Assembly: GCA_951406725.2 (NCBI GenBank)
Contig: OX597822.1
Coordinates: forward strand, 101,866,001-101,930,000
Direction: 5' to 3'
DNA: 64,000 nt
From: Octopus vulgaris
Taxonomy: Eukaryota
The position numbers were made by a program, and so were the translations under genes. How positions within the stretch are numbered: the stretch's first letter is position 1; every line of letters begins with the position of its first letter. Positions 1-12,472 of the stretch are shown in pieces. A model generated the notes under the pieces. That model was given only the letters and a program-made list of their open reading frames with translations, was not told the DNA's origin and made no database searches.

Positions 1-175
1 GGGTCTTCCACATTTTTTTACTGTCGGCTTCTGTGTTGAAGAGTGTATTCGGGCTTGTGTTAGGAGACTTTTCATAGATTTAGGCTGTCTCTTGCTTTTT
101 ATGATCGTGTGTGTTTGGAGGATTGTGTTCATTCTGTGGTCGTTTTTAGGAGGGGTATGTGTGGAGGATGGCGCC
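1..175 (-). mobile_element. Penelope-like element fragment (linker before GIY-YIG), runs off window start
   Basis: Minus-strand translation ...[42 protein letters not shown] matches the PLE RxPxNLxxLLxxA...KCGRPxC zinc-knuckle linker. Confidence 0.65.
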
Positions 176-176
176 G

Positions 177-214
<38 letters not shown>

Positions 215-351
215 CATACATATAGACATATATATATACATACATGCATGCATGCATACATACATATATACGTACATACATACATAGATACATACATACA
301 TATATGCCAGCTAAGGTGAGCGCCTTCTACTATAGCTTTGACTTTTCTTTT

Positions 352-397
<46 letters not shown>

Positions 398-460
398 CCC
401 CCACCACCACTCCATTAAATCTGCCTAAATGCATAAATACCAGAACTTATTTTGACAGCC

Positions 461-511
461 AGCTTCCTGAAGATTTCATCTGAACGAAACAGTTCTAGTC
501 CTGTAGAAGCT
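461..511 (+). ncRNA. Type I hammerhead ribozyme motif
   Basis: agcttc-CTGAAGA-t ttc atct gaa c-GAAA-cag ttctagtc ctg-TA-gaagct. Stem I is 6 bp and stems II and III are present. One T/C mismatch at the base of stem II. AATAAA follows. Confidence 0.75.
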
Positions 512-677
512 CCTTCTATAAAATAAAAAGTATATATATATATACACATATATGTGTGAGTGTATGTATGTTCCTTTCTGTTTTTTAATTATTTGAATTC
601 TACCTCTGCGCAAGTATCTGGTTTCTAACGAAGTTATATGCTCCATCACAAGAATGTAGATAACGTAAACAATTTCA

Positions 678-1400
678 CTATTTAACTTCGAAAAAAGTCT
701 TGCATATATTTGCTGTTCTGCTTACACATTGTATTTTTAATATGCGAGTTAGTTTCTTGATTTCTTTCTCTGAAAATCCCAGCTTGTCTCGATTGTCACT
801 CAGATATTCTCTTATAAAATCAAGTGAACCAGTTATTATTGCTATGAATGTGATTTCATAATCTGCACTTAATGAATATTTCATATTTATCCCCTTTCTG
901 TTTGATTTTCAAAGAGATATTCACATCAGCAGGACAGCTAACCTCGCTGACGGCACATTCTGTTTCTTGTCTGTCTCCAATATCCGACTTGTTATGTTTA
1001 GACTTGGCAGTTATATGGGTGAGAAGATTCCACCAGTATTCTTTGTATTCAATAACAGTAAGTATTCAATAACAGAGGGATTCTCTCTATTTGTTCCAGG
1101 AGTCTTTTTTACGAATGGCATTTTATACTGTTTTTGCGACAGCATCGCGTCGCATATGAAGGTAATACCTTAATGACAGTTTTGGGTAGCTGTTAATTAC
1201 ATGTGTTATGCCTTTGACATAAATATCACAATTTACATTTTCTATTGCATCTTAGAGCTCCAAAGGATCCACTCTCTTTTGTTTATTAGGTATTTCGTAG
1301 CAATCTCCTGTTCTTGGATTGCAGATGCATAGCCTTGGAAATGCAATGTGAATGTAGCGATCATGAGTCCAAGAGAAGCTCTGGATAAGGTTAAAATTAC
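678..1400 (-). mobile_element. Decayed R4/Dong-like non-LTR retrotransposon 3' end (CCHC + restriction-like endonuclease)
   Basis: Pieced translation: HFQGYASAIQEQEIATKYLI..KCKL*..ITHVINSYPKLSLRYYLHMRRDAVAK..WWN..KHNKSDI..EVSCPADVN..KQKGDKYE..IAIITGSLDFI..KLGFS. Contains stops and frameshifts. Confidence 0.8.
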
Positions 1401-1412
1401 TGACGTCTCCCA

Positions 1413-1525
1413 GTCCGGTTGTCAAGCGGTAGTGGGGGACAAACACCGAAACAACAGCACACACACACACATACACATACGAAGGGCTTCTTGCAGTTTC
1501 CCTCTGCTAAATCTTCTCACAAGAA
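1413..1525 (-). mobile_element. SINE fragment (family A, internal part)
   Basis: ccggttgtcaagcg..gggacaaacac..gggcttct..cagtttcc segment also found at 4855-5260, 10472-10650 and 11676-11915. Confidence 0.65.
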
Positions 1526-1529
1526 ACTA

Positions 1530-1757
1530 TGAGCACTCCACAGACACGCGTGTCCTTAAAGTACTTCTCAGAGAGATTCATTGTGACACAAGATGTGGCA
1601 AGGTTGGCCCCTTGAATTGCAGGTACAACTCATTTCTGCCAGCTAAGCGAACTGGAAAAACACGAATTAAAGTCTTTTGATCAAGGACACAGCGAGCCGC
1701 AGGCAATGGGTCTCACAATCGTGAGTTCAATACTCAAACAACTAAGCCGCGCGTTTT
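1530..1757 (-). mobile_element. Diverged tRNA-derived SINE (family B)
   Basis: Colinear but diverged match to 14759-15084 and 28774-29106. Confidence 0.75.
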
Positions 1758-1800
1758 CACTGAGTGTGCAAGTGTGTGTGTATGTGTGTACAGATATGAA

Positions 1801-2029
1801 AGGCGGCGAGCTGGCAGAAACGTTAGCACACCGGGCGAAATGCTTAGCGGTATTGCGTCTGTCGTTCCGTTCTGAGTTCAAATTCCGCCGAGGTCGACTT
1901 TGCCTTTCATCCTTTCGGGGTCGATAAATTAAGTGCCAGTTACGCACTGGGGTCGATGTAATCGACTTAATCCGTTTGTCTGTCCTTGTTTGTCCCCTCT
2001 ATGTTTAGCCCCTTGTGGGCAATAAAGAA
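1801..2029 (+). mobile_element. Full-length tRNA-derived SINE with Meta-like central domain (family M)
   Basis: A-box/B-box head (gagttcaaattcc), central gcctttcatcctttcggggtcgataaa, and TSD acagatatgaa at 1790-1800 and 2030-2040. Confidence 0.9.
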
Positions 2030-2672
2030 ACAGATATGAATGTGTCTACGTGCGCATTCGAGTATGCGTGTGTTTATGTGCGTGTGTGTACGCGCATGTA
2101 TATATGCGTGTATAATTATATCGATATACATTCGACATAAATACTTAAGCTATAATGATGTACACATTAAGTGATTTCCATTCTTTTAATCTTGTAGCTT
2201 TGGCACCAGAACTTCATTACTTCTTCTACCCGTTGTTTTTATTTTTTCCTTTGGTTTCTTAGCCACATGTTTTAGTTGACATACCAATAGAACGTTCTTA
2301 TAAAATATACCCTGAGGAATTTTTTCTGATACATCACACAGACAATCAATGTTATATATAATAGTGCGCATGCGCATTACATATCAGCAAATCTTTTATT
2401 GTTTTACATAACATTCACCACTCTCATTAGTAAATTGCTTTTTTCGATAGCTATAAGAAAACATTAGTCGTTATTATCAGTTTTTCCTTGTCTCTTTAGC
2501 AATCTTAGATCACTTTCATTGATAAATTTAGATAGATTATATATATATCTAACTGGGGGTCGTTTTTCTTGTCTTTTAGTATTTAATAATTAGTAGACTT
2601 CAATAATGTTTGTCTTCTTTAAGCCTTACTTTTATGCTTTTTTTTTGCAAATTCCTATGCATACATTATATA

Positions 2673-2714
<42 letters not shown>

Positions 2715-3191
2715 CTACATTTCTAAATATCTCAGATATATATATATTATATATATATTTTATATATATGCGAGTGTACGCGCGTGTGTGTTAGCATAAA
2801 TATAGCTTCAGGCAACTTATATTATACAACTTCTACCATTAATAGCATGTAGATAAATTTTTATGCAAAATATGTCCTGTCTTCCATTTTGCTAATTACA
2901 GTTTAAACAAAGAGCCTGAGAATAAAGGTGATGCAGGAAATGTTGGACTTTTTAAAGTACACAAAAAACTTCGATTCATTTACCTTTGGAAACTATGGAT
3001 TTAAGTTATAATTCACATATACATAAATGCTTTCACATACATACATACATACATACATACATACATACATACATACATACATACATACATACATACATGC
3101 ATACATACATGTGTGTCTGGATGTGTGTGTGTGTGCTGGCACGCGTATGGATTTATGTATGTATGTATGTATACATACATACAGATATATA

Positions 3192-4384
3192 TTGGGTCAT
3201 CCCAAAAATAATGCGGTTTTTTTTTTATAGTATGAACTAAAAGTCGGAGGGGGACGGGATAAACTACCTGCATTAGCTTGCTATAAAGCAGGTAGTAATT
3301 TTACCTTGAACTTATTCTTAGTGTAAGTTTTAAAGTGTGCAGTTCGATTTTAACAGCTAATTTTACAAAGCTATAATGAAAGTGAAAAAGAAGCATATTC
3401 AGCACATTTTGCTTTATGAGTTCAATAAAGGCAACAACGCAACGGAAGGTGCGAGGACTATTAATGCAGTATATGAGGATCAGACAATAAGCGTAAGCCA
3501 GTGTCAATGGTAGTTCCAGAAATTCCGTACCGGAAACTACAGCCTATAAGATGAGCCTTGACCTGAAAGATCTGTAGAACTCGACGAGAACGTCCTGCAG
3601 ACCCTGGTGGAACAAAATCCCATCGTTTTGGTCATTCAACCATTCATTGAAACCTGAGTGCCATCGGAAAAGTCAGTAAATTAGGTCAATGGGTTCCTCA
3701 GAAACTTTCCCAGTCTAATCGCACGTAGGGAGTGAATGCGTGCTCTTCTTTGCTGTCACGTCTCCCGAATGAACCTTTCTTGGATCGAATAGTGACTGGT
3801 GACGAGAAATGGGTTCTCTATAAATATGTCAAGCGCAGAAGATAGTGGGTAGGAAAGGAGAGACACCGGCATCCCAGGATAAAGAAGGTCTTCACCCACG
3901 TAAAGTATTGTTATCTGTTTGGTAGGATATGAAAAGTTTAGTCCACTTTGAACTTTTAAACCCAAGCCAAACGATAACAAAGGAGATCTACTGCGAACAG
4001 CTTGAGCGGCTTAAACCAGCGTTATAAGAAACACGACCATCTTTTGGTTTCAAGACGAAAGGTGTTCTTCTATCAGGATAATGCTCGGCCACATACAGCG
4101 AGGATAATATTCCAAAGCAATATGAATGGGAAACGATGCCCCACCCACCATATTCGCCGGACATTGTTCCATCTGATTATCATCTGTTCGAAATCATTCT
4201 ATAGACGGCGTCAGAACAGTACTAGAGGAGTATTTTTCGTCACGGCGAAGTGAATTCTGGAAGAGGGGCTTTGCAAGTCTACCACATAGATGGGAGATCA
4301 TTGCAAAAAGTGGAATATATTTTAGATTAAAAAGGAACTTCGTTTATCTTATAAAAAATCCGCATTATGTACGGGATGACCCAA
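3192..4384 (+). mobile_element. Mariner (DD34D) DNA transposon, full length, transposase pseudogene
   Basis: TIRs ttgggtcatccc..taatgcgg / ccgcatta..gggatgacccaa flanked by TA. From ATG 3376: MKVKKKHIQHILLYEFNKG.., WVPQKL, FLDRIVTGDEKWVLY, FYQDNARPHT, HPPYSPDIVPSDYHLF. Several stops and frameshifts. Confidence 0.95.
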
Positions 4385-4426
4385 TATATATATATATATA
4401 TATATATACATATGTGTGTGTGTGGT

Positions 4427-4488
<62 letters not shown>

Positions 4489-4649
4489 AGGAAAACATTC
4501 AAACAGTGAGATTTGAAATCAGATGTCACTACTGTTCATATCATCTGTGGATAAATTTTAAAATTGATGATATTACCAGCAGTGATCGCAGGCCCAATAG
4601 CATTATATAGCTATGAATTATAAATTTGCACGAAGCGTAATCATGCTTG

Positions 4650-4683
<34 letters not shown>

Positions 4684-4815
4684 TGTATGTATGTATGTAT
4701 GTATGTATGTGTGTGTGTATGTATGTATGAATGTATGCATGCATGTATGTATGTATGTATGTATGTATGTATGTATGTATGTATGTATGTATGTATGTAT
4801 GTATGTATGTATGGG
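4650..4815. repeat. (TATG)n microsatellite
   Basis: Direct reading. Confidence 0.95.
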
Positions 4816-4854
4816 TGTGTGCGTGTGTGATGATATTCCATGGGGCATCTTTTA

Positions 4855-5260
4855 TCCTTTACCTATTTCAGTCATTCGACTGCAACCATGCAACCTTGAA
4901 GAATTTTAGTCAAACGAATTGACTCCCAATATTTATTCTTTAAAGCCTGGTCCTTATTCTATCGATCTCTTTTGCCGAAGCTCTAAATAACGGGAACGTT
5001 AACACACCAACACCGGTTGTCAAGAGACGTTATGAGTTCCGAAACGGGGTTTGTTAAACATTTACAGACACAAGGATGACAGTAATTTCGAAGTTTCAGC
5101 TTGGTACCTTCACATGCACACATGAACACACACATATTCATACACACACGACTACTGCCTGCACGGTGTTTCCATCTGCTAATTTCCATTCATAATAGAT
5201 TAGTCAACAAGAGGCTATGATCAAAGAGATCTGCTCAAGATTTCAAGCAGTGGCTCATAG
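4855..5260 (-). mobile_element. Diverged SINE (family A)
   Basis: tttcagtcattcgactgc tail, ttattctatcgatctcttttgccgaa and acaccaacaccggttgtcaag segments. Confidence 0.7.
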
Positions 5261-5599
5261 TCATGTCTCCACCAACTTAAAGTTATTAAACATCTCTATT
5301 GAATCTAACATCCATTTGAAGCTAACATTCCTATTCAGTACATTTTCCACAGGCAATATCGAAGAAAACGACATCGGTATATGATGCTGTCTCTTTAAGA
5401 GGAGCCTTCAAACTTAATAAATTACTAGAAGTCAATCTTTTCTTAATCACCAACAAGTAGCATGTAAGTCTCTTATTTGAATTAAACCTCCCCGTCTCAA
5501 TTACTTTATTTTTCGCCATGAAATTAATTTATACTTCCTATGCTCTGGTAGTTGTTTACATCTGTTGTTTACATCTATTTCTACACATTATCTGTATCC

Positions 5600-5925
5600 A
5601 TGCTTACTGGCATTTCGTTCGTCTTTAACGTTTAAACTCTAATTCCTTCATGTTCGACCTCGCCTTTTATCTTCTCAGGGTCGATGAAATAAGTGCGAGT
5701 TAAGCGGTGAGCTGCCAGAATCGTTAGCACACCGGGAAAAATGCTTAGCAGCATTTCGTCTACCTTTACGTTCTGAGTTCAAATTCCGCCGAGGTTGTTT
5801 TGCTTTCTATCCTTTCGGAGTCGATGAAATACGTGCCAGTTGCGTACTGTGATCGATACAATCGACTAGCTCCCCACCCCCACCAAAAAAATTTCAGGCC
5901 TTGTACCTTTAGTAGAAAAGATTAT
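5600..5925 (+). mobile_element. Two tandem diverged Meta-type SINE copies
   Basis: gagctgccagaatcgttagcac..gagttcaaattccgccgagg..atcctttcggagtcgatgaaat. Confidence 0.75.
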
Positions 5926-5989
5926 TATTATTTTTTTTTCATTTACACCATTGACAGCTGGGAAAAAATTCCTAACAACCGGGCTACAA

Positions 5990-6305
5990 GTAACCTTAGA
6001 TGCCAAGAACCTTCCAAAATATTCTAGTTCTCCCTAATAATACTGTTTACTGCAGCCGCACTAAACGAGGTTTTATGCCTATTTCCTCCATCCATCTGTT
6101 CAAATCTTTAGGAATAGTTCTTAATGCATCAATAACTGCAGAGATAAATTTTACCCACATTTTCCATATCCTCTATAACTCAATTCTAGGTCCTGGTAAT
6201 TTGCTATTTTCTATATACTTAATATTGATTTTCTCATTTGGGAGTGTAGAGTCAATTACCTCTTTCTAATCTACTTGTCTAATACTATTAAATCAGGCCT
6301 TCTAA
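5990..6305 (-). mobile_element. Second R4/Dong-like restriction-like endonuclease C-terminus, decayed
   Basis: RRPDLIVLDK..IDSTLP..ANYQDL..RIWKMWVKFISAVIDALRTIPKDLNRWMEEIGIKPRLVRLQ*TVLLGRTRIFWKVLGI. Confidence 0.75.
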
Positions 6306-6448
6306 CTTCTATTAATCTGAAGTCGATTAAATAAGTACCAGTTACGCACTAGGGTCAATGTAATTTTCTAGTCACCTTCCCCACAATTTCAGGCCTTATG
6401 CCTAAAGTAGAAAGGACTATTATTATTGTTGTTGTGTGTTCAAATATC

Positions 6449-6682
6449 TATTTCTTAATTACCCACAAGGGGCTAAACACAGAGAGGACAAACAAGGACA
6501 GACATAGGTATTAAGTCGATTACATCGACCCCAGTGCGTAACTGGTACTTAATTTATCGACCCCGAAAGGATGAAAGGCAAAGTCGACCCCAGCGGAATT
6601 TGAACTCAGAACGTAACGGCAGACGAAATACCGCTAAGCATTTCGCCCGGCGTGCTAATGTTTCTGCCAGCTCGCCGCCTTT
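6449..6682 (-). mobile_element. Full-length Meta-type SINE (family M)
   Basis: Reverse complement of 1801-2029. TSD tgtgttcaaata shows insertion into the B-box of an older SINE. Confidence 0.9.
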
Positions 6683-9435
6683 ATGTGTTCAAATACCACC
6701 GAGGTAAACTTTACCTTTCATCGTTTCAGGGACAGTAATCAAAATAACTGCCGTTTGCTGGGGCTGATATAATCGATAGTTCCGTCTTCAAAATTTCTGT
6801 CCTTGAGTCTATCTTAGAAAGGATAAAGGCCGCGAAGTAGTTGTGTTATTAGAACGTCAGACAAATGCTTTGCGTTCTTGTTTTCTTTTACGTTCAAATC
6901 CAACCAAAGTCAACTTTGCTCGTCATTCCTCCTGTATTAATAACATAATATACCAGTTATGCACCGCGGTCGACAGAATCGACTAACACACTCCTAAATT
7001 TTGTTATGTTAGGAATTATCACTTTCTGGGTGGTAGATGAAAGAATCAGGAAGTTATGAAGAAACTTCTCTCGCGTCCTGCTACGCCTCGTTGCTATTTC
7101 CTTCTTTCATAGTCGATAAAATACGTAACCGAAACATACTGCAGTTAAAGCAATCGCCTCTTCATCCTTCCTTCTGGTAAATTGCTGACCCGGAAATTTC
7201 ATACATCATTAAAATTATTATCACTGATGTTTTAAAATTAATGACCTCAAAATATTGTTGTTTTTTTTTTCTGATATTACAAACATTTTTTTATATTTTG
7301 TAGGGTGTGGTCTGTTACTTTATTGTTTTCGTCCTGTTTTAATGACTCAGAGAAAAATCTAAAGATTGAACCTCCAATTTTTTATTTAATTACATGAAAT
7401 AAAGAATACGACCAAAAGTTCACTTAACCGAATCTATCCAGCTTCGGTGATGTTAAGCTCTGAAAGAAACATACTTTCTCATGAACATCCTTAATCGTTT
7501 TCAATCTGTTTTAGAAATTTTTTTTTTTTTTTTTTTGTATTTCTAACACTTTTTTATAAAATGCATTTTAAGAATCCTCTTAGGCATAGCGATGTTTATA
7601 ACTTACTGTTAGAACCCAATATACATATGCTTCAGATTAAAGCGTTAGGCAACTACAGATCATAATATGAAATTAATGGAAAGACGTGGCAGCAAGAATT
7701 AACTTCATTAGCTTACAACTGTTTCTGCTATGTTACGGTGTACTCAGAGATGTATTTAAATGCTTTCTAAAATAAATATGCACTTCATTTTAAACGTTCA
7801 AATGAAGCTATAAAGTTATGCAGTATCACTGGACACTGAGTGCATTGCAGCTTACAACAGAAATAGCTATAAACTAATAAAGGTGATTTCGTCATTTGTA
7901 ATTCCTGTTCTCTTTTCATCCCATTAATTTCACATTACAATTTGGGTAAATTTGGATTTTATAACTGCTTTAATGAATCCTTCCTTCGTCGTTCATTAAA
8001 CGCTTCTCTTTCTAAGCTCGTTCGGATTCTCCAGTTAACTTTTTATTCTCTGTTGTACCTTTTTGTTTACAATGCACTCGACATTTCGTAGTGAACGATT
8101 GAAAGATATTCCAATCGATTGACGCAGTGTGAATATTTGGACTAAAAATACTGAAAAAACGATGTAATTAACTTAACTCAGTTTTCTCGATAACAGTAAA
8201 ACAATCAATACTCTGAAACATTTAGAGTCCTAAAATTCCCTGGTTTTTATAAATGGTAATCATTATTCCTAAAGACTTTTTTTTTTTGAGATACGACATA
8301 TGTGTTTTCATTGAATGATAGAACTATGTGTAAATAGAAGTCCCTTGGTTATTATTGATACAGTGAAACACTAGATAATCACCTATTGATTTTTTTAAAC
8401 GTAGGTTTGACAATAAAGCATCACTTCGGTATTTTTTCCATAATAATCTTAATGGTATCTGTTCTTTCTCCGTAAGTCTGTATGAGAGAACTAACAGTGC
8501 ACTGCAATATGATAAAATATAAGACACTAATCATTTATAAAATGCCCCTATTACTATATATCTTCATTTCGTAAATATATATAAATAATAGATTATATAT
8601 GCTATTATATATATATATATATTCAATTATGAAACACCATTCCTATTACTAAAGATAACTAGATTTTGAATATTGGAAACAGAGACAATCCTTATAAGAG
8701 ATATCTTGGGAAATGGCTAAAATACAAGCAGAGAAATATATTCTGATGCTCATGACATTACACAAATACACAACAGGTGAGATATACCACTTGTAGATAT
8801 TGTAAACATTTTGCATGGGGCATTTCAATGCGATGGAAGAACTACACTGAACGTATGAAGTTACCCATAACTGTGCATTGTTTTATAGTGAAAGCACGAA
8901 ATAGAAATATAACAAACTGTTAAAATGAAATCCTTTTATTGATTAGAAGGGTCTAAAGACCATCAAGTGCGGAAACAGTACAAAGATAGGATGTCACAAA
9001 AGACGCAGAGTAAGTTTTACGTTAAATTACACTGCATTGTTCTCTTTGCTTCAGTTTGTAATCTCTATCAATTTCGTTTTCTCTCTTCAAACAACTACAA
9101 AGTTGAGTAACTGTGGCGATGTTTGAGTAAAGGGGAACATAATCTCCGCTAGGAAGTTTATAGTCAAAGGAACCATTTCTCCTCCAACCACGTCACCTAA
9201 TCTATAGGGTGTGAGTTTTAGTGGCCTATGATTATAAACAAGATAATATCTGAGATTGTAAAACTTTTGTTACATAAAATATACCCTTTCAAGCCTTCAT
9301 TTGTTGTGCCACTCTTCGTCCATTGAACTACAGGTCCTTAATTAAAGAAATTTCAAAAACGTTTTAACAACACAACATATTTTCAGTAATACCAACTGAC
9401 ATTTTAGGAACTGACGCGAAGCACATCCAGTGCAG

Positions 9436-9630
<195 letters not shown>

Positions 9631-10313
9631 AAAATAATAATTTCTTTTTTCATTTTACATACAGACAAAAATTATAAGCAGAAATATTAAAAAAATCTAA
9701 TTAATATTTACACTCTATGTATAAATTCAATGTTGATCTCAATTTTAAATTGATATAAAATCTTTTAATCATTTAACTTATTGGTAAACATCAGTAATTG
9801 CATTTTTTTAATTAATTTAAAAGAAACGTACTGCCGCTAATGTCATCATCTCTGTAGGATACAAAGCATTCTTTTAAAACGTTTAGATAGCAACAGTTTA
9901 TTATAGTTCAAAGGAGAAGTGAAAGAACAATTGAATATCGCAGTCACTCGTTTCATTGAAGTAAAGAAGTCATCGTTAAATATCTAATTATTTTGCATTA
10001 CCATTAATGAACGGTGAAATGATAGAATAGTTGGTTCGTCTGAAGCTTACGAAAATCTATTCAAGTACTTTTCGTTCTGATTTCAAAACCCACCGACTGA
10101 ACTTTACATTTTATCGCTCCGGAGTCAATAAAAGTAAAGCAATGTAATAAAGAATGTAATCGACCAGCCAGCTCTGCACGAAATTGCTAGCCTTCTCCTT
10201 AAATTAGAAATTATGGGCTGATGTTTTTGCAGGATCGTTTAAGAGTCGGAAAAAGATCTTACAGCAGTTTACATTTTCTCCCAATAATTTACAAATCCCG
10301 CTATGACCGGCGA

Positions 10314-10381
10314 CATTTTCACTCATAACTCGTAACTCTCGATCCAACATTTTCACTCATAACTCGTAACTCACGATCCAA
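10314..10381. repeat. 34-bp tandem duplication
   Basis: cattttcactcataactcgtaactc(t/a)cgatccaa x2. Confidence 0.9.
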
Positions 10382-10471
10382 CTGTTGCGGAAATTGGAGT
10401 TATCGACGGGTATCCCGTTTGAACAAGGCTGGTAATTAGTTGTGTTGATATAAACGAATGAGTATACACCA

Positions 10472-10650
10472 TGGAGTAGCGCTTTTAGACGACGAAATCG
10501 ACGCCTGGACTTATTCTTTGTAAGCCTAGTACTTATGCTATCGGTCTCTTTTGCCGAACCGCTAAATCACGGAGACGTAAACACACCAACATCGGTTGTT
10601 AGGTGATGGTGGGAGGACAAATACAGACGCACAAATACATAAATACATAG
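10472..10650 (-). mobile_element. SINE family A 3' half
   Basis: Close match to 11720-11890. Confidence 0.8.
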
Positions 10651-11180
10651 CGATAACAATGTTCCGACCATGGAAGCCGAGGTGTCGGTTCTTATCTAAA
10701 GTAGCATGAGACAGTGATGAATAAAGATTGAATCATTTAAACCAGTCGGCTTGCAGCTCAGTACCTGTAGCAGCAAGTCCATACCTACAGCCAACATCGC
10801 GGGTCGCAGTACCGACGGATTGCTTAAATTGTTTGAGGTTTGAGTCACTTCAGAGCTCAACATGAGAAAGAACTTGGACGAACATACAAGAACTCGTTTT
10901 AATTTAGCCAGCGGATAAGGCATAACTGAAACTCAAGAAGAATGTGCCTGTAGTTACTATAGGAGACCCATACACTTACCTCAAGTCACACTAGCTTTAT
11001 CCATTTTGTACTATGTTCTTTAAAATGCCTCAAAGTTTCTTTTGTTAAAAAATGCAAAAGGAAATTAAACACTAAATACTCATAAAATTTAAACAATAAC
11101 ATTAAATTAAGTAATAAAGGAACATTTCAAAAGCTCTAATTACATTGCAGCATATGTTTATTCAAATTTTGATTTTGTTA

Positions 11181-11578
11181 TCTTTATATATAAAAGTGAA
11201 GTTGTGTGTCTGTCTCCTACGATTTAGATTCCTAACTACTCCCACATTTTGCGGTGCAGTGTAACCAAAACCGGTTATCTTATAGTCGTGATTCATATCG
11301 AGCCCTTCTGGGTATTAGCGCGCGTCTACGATGAGTTTACGATTTTAAAAAAATTTACCATCATTTTTTGCCCATTTTTAATGCATTTTTTTTGCTATTA
11401 TATAAGGGAAGTAACTCTCAAAAAATGTATTATTAAATCTCAGAACGTAAAAAGCTACAGTAACACCGCCCCCTTTCTGGTTAGCCATATTAAGATGGCT
11501 ATTATATTTTACATCTCTAAAAATGCTTATATAGTTATTTCCCTTAGAAACCCGAGCAACGCCGGGCGATACTGCTAG
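11181..11578 (+). mobile_element. Non-autonomous Helitron
   Basis: Starts with TC after A. Ends with the hairpin cccgagcaacgccggg, then CTAG before T. No TSD. Confidence 0.85.
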
Positions 11579-11675
11579 TTTATGATAAAAAGAAACGACA
11601 CATAATACAAAACGCATTACGGAAAAAAAGAGATCATTTTTGTGATAACAGCTGAACGACTATTAATAATGATAT

Positions 11676-11915
11676 TCTTTTATTCTTTTACTTGTTTCAG
11701 TCATGTAACTGCGGCCAGGCTGGAGTAGCGCTTTTAGACGACGAAATCGACGCCTGGACTTATTCTTTGTAAACCTAGTACTTATTCTATCGGTATCTTT
11801 TGTCGAACTGCTAAGTTACGGAGATGTAAACAGGCCAACATCGGTTGTTAGGCGATGGTGGAAGGACAAACACAGACACACAAATACATACATACATACA
11901 TACATACATACATAC
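11676..11915 (-). mobile_element. SINE family A 3' half with LINE-like tail
   Basis: Minus strand ends ctggccgcagttacatgactgaaacaagtaaaagaataaaag. Confidence 0.85.
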
Positions 11916-12382
11916 ATACATACAAATAGTGAACCCATGTGAGAAATATCTTTTTGAAAAGAGAAAAGATAGAAGAGAGAGAGAAAAACGTCCGTTCTTT
12001 TGAACGTCCGTGTAGGAAAAGAAATAAGATGACGTGAGGAAAAGACAGATGGACGATGGTCAAGTGTGAGCAACGAATGATGTAGCGGTAACAGTGTTCC
12101 AGACCACGGAAGCCGAGGTGTCGGTTCTTATCTAAAGCAGCATGAGACAGTCGGTTTGCAGTTCAGCACCTGGAGAAGCAAGAGAGAGAGAGAGAGGGAG
12201 AGAGGGAGAGAAGAGAAAGAGGTGAGGAAGAGAGAGACAGATAGAAAACGAGGAAGCAGAGAGGGGGAGAAAAGGGAATTAGAGAAAGATGGAGAAAGGA
12301 AGCAGTATAGAGAAGAGAGTCGCATCAAAAAGGTGAAGATAAAATTACTTGCAATTGGATGCGTGGCGTTCAATTAAATATT

Positions 12383-12430
<48 letters not shown>

Positions 12431-12472
12431 TACGGAATGCTTCACGAATTTGCGTGTCATCCTTTCGCAGGG
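12431..12472 (-). pseudogene. RNU6: U6 snRNA 3' fragment (pseudogene)
   Basis: Reverse complement ccctgcgaaaggatgacacgcaaattcgtgaagcattccgta matches the U6 3' portion CCCTGCGCAAGGATGACACGCAAATTCGTGAAGCGTTCCATA with 3 mismatches. The 5' part is absent. Confidence 0.85.

Noticed and set aside
8680-9015. Possible small exons ending at cag|gtgaga (8776) and ga|gtaagt (9009)
   Set aside because: The first has stops in the frames checked and the second has no recognisable product; such sites arise by chance.
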